From Candidatus Nomurabacteria bacterium (GTDB taxonomy: Bacteria > Patescibacteriota > Minisyncoccia > Phycocordibacterales > UBA9973), in assembly GCA_026395965.1 (NCBI GenBank), contig JAPLXS010000007.1:1-49653 (forward strand): a DNA stretch of 49,653 bases, written 5' to 3'. Positions within the stretch are counted from its first letter, which is position 1; each line of letters begins with the position of its first letter. Shown piece after piece: positions 35,528 to 42,339 of the stretch. The notes beneath the pieces are model-generated. The model had not been told where the DNA came from. It searched no databases and worked only from the letters and a program-made list of their open reading frames with translations. Made by a program: the position numbers and the translations under genes.

Positions 35528-36033
35528 AAGAAATTCCGAGAGACGGAGCATTTGTTGTCATATTTTCTGGTTCACTAGAAAAATGGGAAGAAATGGAATT
35601 TTTACTTGGAAGTAATATTCACGATAATTTATTTGAATTATTGGGTGGAGGTTTCGATATCTCCGATGTTACTCCAAATGAAGCTGCTTGTAGGGAAGTT
35701 TATGAAGAGACAAAAGGTATGTTATCTGTTGAAAAAGACAGAATACACTATTTTTGTCACATGATTCAAAAACTTCCTAGATTAGGAGATGATGAAAAGG
35801 GTCATGTTTTTTATTTTTATAAAAAATGCGATTTGATCAAAGGTTTGGAACCAAGTTCTGAACATCATTTACTTAGTTGGCACAAACTCAGCGATATTTT
35901 GATTGATGGTGAAAAATCATACAGAACATCGACACTGAGAATTATAGTTCTTTTCCTAAAATATATTTCTAATAGAGAATTTCATTTTGGAATTCTCGGA
36001 GAAAAAGTAATTTTTAGAGACTATAAATTTTAA
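35524..36033 (+). CDS. NUDIX hydrolase
   Basis: Nudix box GGGFDISDVTPNEAACREVYEETKG. Its ATGA start/stop overlap with the upstream gene shows that TGA is a stop. Confidence 0.75.
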   Translation: MKEIPRDGAFVVIFSGSLEKWEEMEFLLGSNIHDNLFELLGGGFDISDVTPNEAACREVYEETKGMLSVEKDRIHYFCHMIQKLPRLGDDEKGHVFYFYKKCDLIKGLEPSSEHHLLSWHKLSDILIDGEKSYRTSTLRIIVLFLKYISNREFHFGILGEKVIFRDYKF

Positions 36034-36082
36034 AAAACACCCATTGTAGATTTATTTCTCAATGGGTGTTATTATTTTATTC

Positions 36083-36784
36083 ATGAAACTTATTGTACTT
36101 GCTGCAGGAAAGGGGACACGTTTTCTTCCTATAACAGAAAAAACACCAAAAGCCCTAATACCTATACTTTCAAAACCTCTTGTAGAGTATACTCTTGATT
36201 TAGCTACTCCTCATGTTGATGGAATAATATTTGTTATAAATGATAATCTAGGTTTTAAAATACGTGAACATTTTGGTGGTCAATATAAAAATATTCCTAT
36301 TACCTATGTTGTTCAGAGCGATAAAAATCCCAAAGGTACTTTTTCAGCACTACTAACTGCTTTGCCGTTTATAGACACTGAAATTTTTGCTGTTTGTAAT
36401 AGTGATGATTTATATATTAAAGATGATATAGATAAAGCTTTCAAAAATAAAGAATACGGAATTGGTTTAACTGTGTCACAAATGCCATATATATATCATG
36501 GAATAGATACCGAAAATGGTTATATAAAAGGCTTCCGTCGTCACGTGAAAACAGAAGACCTTGTTAAAGATAAATTTGTAAATGGTTTTTATATTTTATC
36601 TAAAAAGATATTTACTTTTTCTCCTGTTTTTTTAGTAAATGGAGAGATGGGTTTACCTCATACTCTTTTTAATAATTTATCAGAATTTCCCTTAAAAGAA
36701 TTACAATTTTCAGAATGGGTTGCTGTAGATAGTCCTATGAATATAGCTACTGCCGAAAATTTTATACGTAAGTATTATATTTAA
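36083..36784 (+). CDS. Sugar-phosphate nucleotidyltransferase
   Basis: N-terminal LAAGKGTRFLPITEKTPKALIPI signature. The ATG at 36083 is preferred because the track start at 36062 lies inside the upstream terminator hairpin. Confidence 0.75.
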   Translation: MKLIVLAAGKGTRFLPITEKTPKALIPILSKPLVEYTLDLATPHVDGIIFVINDNLGFKIREHFGGQYKNIPITYVVQSDKNPKGTFSALLTALPFIDTEIFAVCNSDDLYIKDDIDKAFKNKEYGIGLTVSQMPYIYHGIDTENGYIKGFRRHVKTEDLVKDKFVNGFYILSKKIFTFSPVFLVNGEMGLPHTLFNNLSEFPLKELQFSEWVAVDSPMNIATAENFIRKYYI

Positions 36785-36790
36785 AATTAT

Positions 36791-37816
36791 TTATTCTTGA
36801 ATAGAAGAATAAATTTCAAGTAGAACAAAAAGTAAATCTAATATCGATGGACCTATCAATAAACCTAGTGGTCCAAAAAATATAATACCACCAAGAACAG
36901 ATAAGAGTATCAATAAAGGGTGAATCATTATCGCTCTTTGTATTATTTTTGGTTTTAGAATATTGTCTATAATGCTAACAACCGTAAAACCCCAAATAGC
37001 AAAACCAATAGTTATCGATGCATTTCCTTTAAAAAATAGAAAAATAATTGCTGGAACTACAATGAGTGATGTTCCTATTCCTGGAATCAGAGCGGCAAAC
37101 ATCGCAATACTTCCCCATAGTACAGCATTTGGAATTCCAAATAATATGAATCCTATTGCTATAAATATGCCTTGGAGAATAGCAATCAACAAACTTCCTA
37201 TTATTACTGAATTAATATCTAGGCTTAGTTTTGTAAAAATAGTTTGATCATGAGTGTATTTGAGAGGGCTTAGTTTTATTATGTATTCTTTTAATTCTTT
37301 TCCATCTTTAAATAAATAATAAAGTGTAATAATAAAAATTAATGAGCTACCAGCAATAGAAATTATATTAGAAAATAAAGACCCAGTATTGTTTATAAAC
37401 CAATTTAGTACACTCTTTAAGTATTCGTCAAAACTAAATGAGATGTCGACTGGTATAGGAATATTTTTTTCTAGTATGTGTAGTTTTGATGTGATAAATA
37501 CAGACAAGTTAGATAAACCTCCGTTGTTTACAATTGAGGAATAAAGGATTGTTGCTTCTTTAAAAATTTGATTACTAAATAAGACAAAGGGAGTAATAAC
37601 CGTGATAATAACAATAAGCGTAGTTATAAATGCAGATAGACCTTTGTTTTGTTTAGTTATATATAAAACTTTATTATGAATCGATCCAAAAACAGTAGTA
37701 AAAACTACAGCTAAAATAATAGGGTATATAAATGGTTTAAAAACAAAAAATACAAGGATGAAAACTATTAGCAATAGAGTGAATAAAAAATAAAATTCTG
37801 ATTTTTGGTTGTTCAT
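36791..37816 (-). CDS. AI-2E family transporter (second paralog)
   Basis: A polytopic protein with C-terminal ...HPLLILLSVLGGIIFFGPLGLLIGP, typical of UPF0118/PerM. Confidence 0.8.
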   Translation of the reverse strand: MNNQKSEFYFLFTLLLIVFILVFFVFKPFIYPIILAVVFTTVFGSIHNKVLYITKQNKGLSAFITTLIVIITVITPFVLFSNQIFKEATILYSSIVNNGGLSNLSVFITSKLHILEKNIPIPVDISFSFDEYLKSVLNWFINNTGSLFSNIISIAGSSLIFIITLYYLFKDGKELKEYIIKLSPLKYTHDQTIFTKLSLDINSVIIGSLLIAILQGIFIAIGFILFGIPNAVLWGSIAMFAALIPGIGTSLIVVPAIIFLFFKGNASITIGFAIWGFTVVSIIDNILKPKIIQRAIMIHPLLILLSVLGGIIFFGPLGLLIGPSILDLLFVLLEIYSSIQE

Positions 37817-37980
37817 TTTAGTTTTCTTATATAAATTATTATAGTATTTATTGTAGCATTTATTTTTATATTACGAGTGTATCAAGAGTGCGTTAGGGGT
37901 TGGGCCCCTGATTTATACATATATTTATTTGATATATGTTATAATGAAAAAGTTAAATAATAAATAATTTATATTAATTT

Positions 37981-38643
37981 ATGATAAAAATGAATTCAAA
38001 AAACCAAGGCTTCACCCTCATAGAACTCCTAGTGGTCATAGCCATCATTGGTATACTATCCTCCGTAGTACTAGCAGCTCTCAACTCTGCTCGTCAAAAG
38101 GGTCAAATAGCTGGTATTAAAGCTACTCTTAAAAACATGATACCTCAAGCAGAACTAGCATATGATGGTCCTGGTAACTACTCCACTGTATGTAGTGATG
38201 CAAAGATAGTTAGCATGATGGACTCAATTAATAACTCAGGAGGTACAGCAGAGTGTTATAGTTACAATAATCCAAGTTTAGGTGATATTTATGCAAGATG
38301 GGCTGTATCTGTAACACTTAACTCTGACAAAACAAAAAACTATTCTGTGAATGGGATGGGGGTAGTGACTTGGGATACAGCAGATGCAGGCACATTAGAT
38401 TGGGATACTGCAATTACTACTTGTGGAACTGCGAAAGGGAGATTGCCTTCACTTGAGGAATTGATGGCTTTGCATCGTGCTCATGGAGCAACAACACCTG
38501 CTGGGTTTGCGGCTAGTTGGTATTGGTCCGATACTCCAGACCCTAGTAAACCAACAATTGCTGCTTACGAAGTAGATGTTTCAACTAATAATTGGAGTAA
38601 CAATTCTAAATCTGGTTATCATATTGTACGGTGTGTTCGTTAG
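37981..38643 (+). CDS. Type IV pilin-like protein with a C-terminal DUF1566 (Lcl-C-like) domain
   Basis: Prepilin leader and methylation motif KNQG/FTLIELLVVIAIIGIL. The C-terminus GRLPSLEELMAL...WYWSDT...GYHIVRCVR fits the DUF1566 pattern. Confidence 0.75.
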   Translation: MIKMNSKNQGFTLIELLVVIAIIGILSSVVLAALNSARQKGQIAGIKATLKNMIPQAELAYDGPGNYSTVCSDAKIVSMMDSINNSGGTAECYSYNNPSLGDIYARWAVSVTLNSDKTKNYSVNGMGVVTWDTADAGTLDWDTAITTCGTAKGRLPSLEELMALHRAHGATTPAGFAASWYWSDTPDPSKPTIAAYEVDVSTNNWSNNSKSGYHIVRCVR

Positions 38644-38660
38644 TAAATATTTTATTTTAA

Positions 38661-38691
38661 AAACTAGGAAATATAATTTCCTAGTTTTTTT
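38661..38691 (+). terminator. Rho-independent terminator
   Basis: AAACTAGGAAAT-ATA-ATTTCCTAGTTT followed by TTTT. Confidence 0.75.
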
Positions 38692-38762
38692 ATTAAAAAT
38701 TTTAAATTGACAAAAAAATCGTATTGGAGTAGTTTTATATTAAATCTCTAAAAAATAAAATT

Positions 38763-39005
38763 ATGGCTAGAACCTTTTTACCTAAAGATGTAGTCCTTTC
38801 CAAAGAAGTTATTGGAAGACTTAAAAAAGATTATAGATTATCTGATGATGATACATTAAATATTGAATACTGGAATCATATTCACTCACCTTACACAGGA
38901 GTAATTATTGTTACTGATGAAGAAATAGAATTTAATTGTTACCCTTATGAAAAAATGTTTTCAGACTTTATTTCTGAATGTCCTGAGGGTTTGATTTGGA
39001 AATAA
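38763..39005 (+). CDS. Hypothetical small protein
   Basis: 80-aa ORF followed by a terminator. No motif recognised. Confidence 0.4.
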   Translation: MARTFLPKDVVLSKEVIGRLKKDYRLSDDDTLNIEYWNHIHSPYTGVIIVTDEEIEFNCYPYEKMFSDFISECPEGLIWK

Positions 39006-39030
39006 ATTATTATTTAATTTCTTATTAAAC

Positions 39031-39065
39031 AAAAAGCCACATTTAATGTGGCTTTTATTTTTTTT
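39031..39065 (+). terminator. Rho-independent terminator
   Basis: AAGCCACAT-TTA-ATGTGGCTT followed by TTATTTTTTTT. Confidence 0.7.
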
Positions 39066-39215
39066 GGGTAGGACCGCGAGTACGCTTTTTGATTCTTACC
39101 CAGTAGGCGAATGTACTCATTCGCAGGTTCAGTACACCTATTTGGTAGGACCGCGAGTACGCTTTTTGAATCTTGCCCAGTAGGCGAATGTGCTCATTCG
39201 CAGATTCTGTACACC
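39066..39215 (+). repeat. Family A repeat, two tandem ~78-nt units
   Basis: Unit 1 is 39066-39138 and unit 2 is 39144-39215. Each reads GGTAGGACCGCGAGTACGCTTTTTGAWTCTTRCCCAGTAGGCGAATGTRCTCATTCGCAGRTTCWGTACACC. The core matches the reverse complement of 27360-27402. Confidence 0.8.
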
Positions 39216-39249
39216 TTTTCCGTTCGTGAGTACACTCACACGGAAAAGG
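39214..39249. other. Long nested hairpin
   Basis: CCTTTTCCG ... CGGAAAAGG encloses GTGAGT-AC-ACTCAC. Confidence 0.6.
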
Positions 39250-39289
39250 TTTTCAAATCCTACACGCAAGCCAAGCAGTTGGCTTGCTC

Positions 39290-39343
39290 CGACGCACAAA
39301 TGAAAAAACCTTCTTGAAAGAAGGTTTTTTCATTTGTGCGTCG
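39290..39343 (-). terminator. 25-bp perfect palindrome that includes the tRNA-Tyr 3' end
   Basis: CGACGCACAAATGAAAAAACCTTCT (39290-39314) pairs with AGAAGGTTTTTTCATTTGTGCGTCG (39319-39343). Confidence 0.6.
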
Positions 39344-39419
39344 GGTAGGATTTGAACCTACGTAGCCCGAAGGCGACAGATTTACAGTCTGTTGTAATTG
39401 ACCGCTCTACCACCGACGC
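39337..39419 (-). tRNA. tRNA-Tyr (anticodon GUA), class II, CCA not encoded
   Basis: On the minus strand: GCGTCGG...ACAGA-cTGTAaa-TCTGT-long variable arm-GTAGG-TTCAAAT-CCTAC-CCGACGC-A. Confidence 0.88.
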
Positions 39420-39425
39420 ATGTAA

Positions 39426-39464
39426 TTAGGTGCTAGTATCTAGCTTCTAGTGGCTAGTACCTAT
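39426..39464. repeat. CTAG heptad array, 6 units
   Basis: TTAGgtgCTAGtatCTAGcttCTAGtggCTAGtacCTAT (period 7). Confidence 0.8.
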
Positions 39465-39527
39465 CAAACAATTATACACAAATCTCTAAATTTTTCAACA
39501 TGACAAAAGTATGATAAAATACGACGT

Positions 39528-40556
39528 ATGTCTCAACTTTATAGTAATTCAATATTTTGGGTAGATATTGAAAAAATTAAACCAAACCCATTTCAACCAC
39601 GTCGCGAGTTTGACGAAGATCGTTTGCGTGATTTAGCAGATTCTATTCGTCAGTATGGAGTTCTTCAGCCTCTTGTTGTTTCTAGAGAAGAAATAATAAA
39701 AGAAGATGGGGGTATTTCTGTTGAGTACGAGCTCATAGCAGGAGAGCGTAGATTGCGTGCTTCAAAATTAGCAGGATTACAACAAATACCTGTGATTATT
39801 CGAGTTGGTGATGATAGTATGGCCAAGCTTGAATTAGCAATTATAGAAAATCTACAACGCGAAGATTTAAATGCAGTTGAAAGAGCTAGAGCTTTTATGA
39901 GACTTGTAGATGAGTTTAAATTTACCCATACTCAAATAGGAGCCAAGGTAGGAAAGAGTCGTGAATATGTATCAAATACTCTTAGACTTCTTGTTTTGCC
40001 TCAAGAAATACTAGATGCACTTTCAGCTAGAAAGATAAGTGAAGGTCATACACGTCCTATTTTGATGCTTACAGATAGACCTCAGGAGCAAATGGTTCTG
40101 TTTAAAGAAATAGTATTCAAAAAAATGACTGTTCGTGATGCTGAAAAAGCTGCGCGTAAGATAGCATTTGATCGTGTCCGTAAAAAGGAATATTTATTAG
40201 ATCCTGAAATTGCGGAAATGGAAGAAAAGCTACAAGAATCCCTCGGAACACGTGTTCATATAGAAAAGAAACAAAATGGTGGTTACATAACTATAGATTT
40301 CTTTACAAATGATGACCTTCATACAATACTAGGTTTGATTAAATCTACAGAAGGTAGTAATCCAAATGCAATGTTAGAAAAATTTGCAGCAAGTCAGGAG
40401 TTACAACCCGCAGTTTTAATTTCAACTGAAAGTAATATTGGTGAAGAATCAAAAACTTTTGAAGATGATCATCTTGTAGATGATAGAACAAAAGAGGAGA
40501 TAGCAAAAGCTGAAGAGGATATTGATTTATATAATATCAAAAATTTCTCAATATAA
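39528..40556 (+). CDS. parB: Chromosome partitioning protein ParB/Spo0J
   Basis: IEKIKPNPFQPRREFDEDRLRDLADSIRQYGVLQPLVV, IAGERRLRAS and an HTH region. Confidence 0.9.
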   Translation: MSQLYSNSIFWVDIEKIKPNPFQPRREFDEDRLRDLADSIRQYGVLQPLVVSREEIIKEDGGISVEYELIAGERRLRASKLAGLQQIPVIIRVGDDSMAKLELAIIENLQREDLNAVERARAFMRLVDEFKFTHTQIGAKVGKSREYVSNTLRLLVLPQEILDALSARKISEGHTRPILMLTDRPQEQMVLFKEIVFKKMTVRDAEKAARKIAFDRVRKKEYLLDPEIAEMEEKLQESLGTRVHIEKKQNGGYITIDFFTNDDLHTILGLIKSTEGSNPNAMLEKFAASQELQPAVLISTESNIGEESKTFEDDHLVDDRTKEEIAKAEEDIDLYNIKNFSI

Positions 40557-40558
40557 TA

Positions 40559-40592
40559 AAAATCCCATAGGTCTGACCTATGGGATTTTTAT
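40559..40592. terminator. Bidirectional hairpin terminator
   Basis: AAAAATCCCATAGGT-CTG-ACCTATGGGATTTTT. Confidence 0.8.
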
Positions 40593-40596
40593 TATA

Positions 40597-42057
40597 TTAA
40601 TTATTACCAAATGAAAGAAATTTTGAAAGTAGGCTGTTTGATTTCATGTGGGCATGTATACGTTTTCGAGCAAGGCTTGTTTTTGCATAATCTAACCATT
40701 TTGCAGAGGGTTTAGAATTTTTGTTTGTATGAATTTCTACGATATCATTGTTTTTTAGTTTTGTACTAAGAGCAGAATTTTTTCCATTTATTTTGGATCC
40801 TTGAGCATGATCTCCTACATCTGTATGGATTGCATATGCAAAATCAATAACAGAAGAATCTTCTGGTAAGTCTATGATATCTCCTTTTGGTGTAAATACA
40901 AAAACTCTATTATTAAAGAAATCCATTTTTATTGATTTTAAAAATTTTTCTGGATCTTCTTTATTTTGATTTAATTCATGAAGTTGTTGCACCCATTCAA
41001 GATGTCTTGGTACACTTTTTTCATTTTTTTCTTTATATAAGAAGTGAGCAGCAATACCATTTTCAGCTTTTTCATGCATTTCATATGTACGAATTTGTAT
41101 TTCTGCTATTCCACCTGTTCCTGTAAATATGGTTGTATGCAAACTCTGGTATCCGTTTGCTTTTGGTGTGGCTATATAGTCTTTTATACGGTTTGGTACA
41201 GGTGTCCATTCTCCATGAATAAGTCCAAGTATATGATAACAATCAACAACAGATTCAACCATGACACGGAGGGCTATAATGTCGTATATCTTGGTTATAT
41301 CCATATCATTTTTCTGGAGTTTTTTCCAAAGAGAATATAGATGCTTTTGTCTGTAGTCTATCGTTGCATTTTTTATATTTGATTCTTTAACCTTTTCTTC
41401 AATTTTGTTTTTAATTTCAATTAAATATTTTATTCGAGCATCTTTTTTATCAGAAAGTAATTTTTTAACTTCTTCATATTCTTTTGGATATGCAAATTTA
41501 AATGCACCATCTTCAAGTTTGCCCTTGAGTCTACCCATAGAAAGACGGTTGGCTAGGGGAACATATATCTCAAGAGTTTCAAGTGCTATACGTTTTTGTT
41601 TATCTGGCCGAACATTTTCTAGAGTTTCTATATTGTGTAATCTATCTGCAAGTTTAATAACAAGAACACGTAAATCTTTTGCAACTGAAATAAAAAACTT
41701 TCTTAAATTTTCTACATTTCTTTCTATGCCTTTATATCTAACCATACCAAGCTTTGTAACTCCTTCTACTAAGTTTGCTATTTCTTCACCAAATTCTTTT
41801 TTTAATTCATCTTCTGTTATATTTGTGTCTTCTATAACATCATGAAGTAACCCAGCTGCTATAACAGTAGGACTCATTCCAAGGTCTGCTAGGTTTTGAG
41901 CAGTGCTTACAACGTGAATAAAGTATGGGTCACCATTTTTGCGAAGTTGTCCTTCGTGAGCTTTTTTTGCAAAATTATATGCCTTTTCTATAAGTGCTTT
42001 ATCTTTTTCTGTAATATTGGGTATAAAAGACAGTATTTTATCTATTGTTGGTATCAT
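40597..42057 (-). CDS. rsh: RelA/SpoT homolog, (p)ppGpp hydrolase/synthetase with a TGS domain and no ACT domain
   Basis: HD hydrolase motif (LLHDVIEDT), synthetase region (YQSLHTTI...EIQIRT) and a TGS domain (VFTPKGDIIDLPEDSSVIDFAYAIH). Confidence 0.85.
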   Translation of the reverse strand: MIPTIDKILSFIPNITEKDKALIEKAYNFAKKAHEGQLRKNGDPYFIHVVSTAQNLADLGMSPTVIAAGLLHDVIEDTNITEDELKKEFGEEIANLVEGVTKLGMVRYKGIERNVENLRKFFISVAKDLRVLVIKLADRLHNIETLENVRPDKQKRIALETLEIYVPLANRLSMGRLKGKLEDGAFKFAYPKEYEEVKKLLSDKKDARIKYLIEIKNKIEEKVKESNIKNATIDYRQKHLYSLWKKLQKNDMDITKIYDIIALRVMVESVVDCYHILGLIHGEWTPVPNRIKDYIATPKANGYQSLHTTIFTGTGGIAEIQIRTYEMHEKAENGIAAHFLYKEKNEKSVPRHLEWVQQLHELNQNKEDPEKFLKSIKMDFFNNRVFVFTPKGDIIDLPEDSSVIDFAYAIHTDVGDHAQGSKINGKNSALSTKLKNNDIVEIHTNKNSKPSAKWLDYAKTSLARKRIHAHMKSNSLLSKFLSFGNN

Positions 42058-42081
42058 AGATATTATTATAACTTATTCAGA

Positions 42082-42183
42082 TTATTTTGAAAGTTTTTTG
42101 TTGTTCTTTATATTTTCTCCAAGTTTATGTGGATTATGATTCTTGCACATTTTGTTACTGCATCTCTCTGGTATAGTTTTTGG
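42082..42183 (-). pseudogene. Displaced duplicate of the topA 3' end (last ~28 codons, preceded by an in-frame stop)
   Basis: 42097-42180 matches topA 42338-42421 over 84 nt with 4 differences, all synonymous third-codon positions in the topA frame. TAA lies immediately upstream in that frame. Confidence 0.75.
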
Positions 42184-42302
42184 TTACAAGTTTTTTCTCG
42201 TCGCCACTCGAAAAACTCATAACCTTGACTCGTGGTTTTGCGCGCTCGCAAGTCGCGTTTCAATGGACACTACGCGACACGATTCTGCGGAATCGCCGTC
42301 TC

Positions 42303-42339
42303 ACAAAAACTAAAACATTTAGCGAAGGCTAAATGTTTT
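42303..42339 (-). terminator. Rho-independent terminator of topA
   Basis: On the minus strand: AAAACATTTAGC-CTTC-GCTAAATGTTTT followed by AGTTTTT. It overlaps the topA stop codon region. Confidence 0.7.

Noticed and set aside
39066-39215. Possible CRISPR array (regularly spaced repeats)
   Set aside because: There are only two ~78-nt units, and they are homologous over their entire length, so there is no alternation of short repeats with unique spacers. No cas genes are present. This is a tandem duplication of the family A unit.
39111-39317. 68-aa ORF in the track
   Set aside because: It lies entirely within the family A tandem repeats, the hairpins and the tRNA-Tyr terminator palindrome. 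Its composition is driven by the repeats, it has no plausible start context, and it is most likely non-coding.
42270-42300. tmRNA-like 5' end (GATTCTGCGGAATCG compared with the tmRNA GAUUCUGGAUUCGAC)
   Set aside because: The resemblance is superficial. Here the sequence is a simple local hairpin (CGATTC/GAATCG). There is no tRNA-like acceptor/T-arm partner and no tag ORF.
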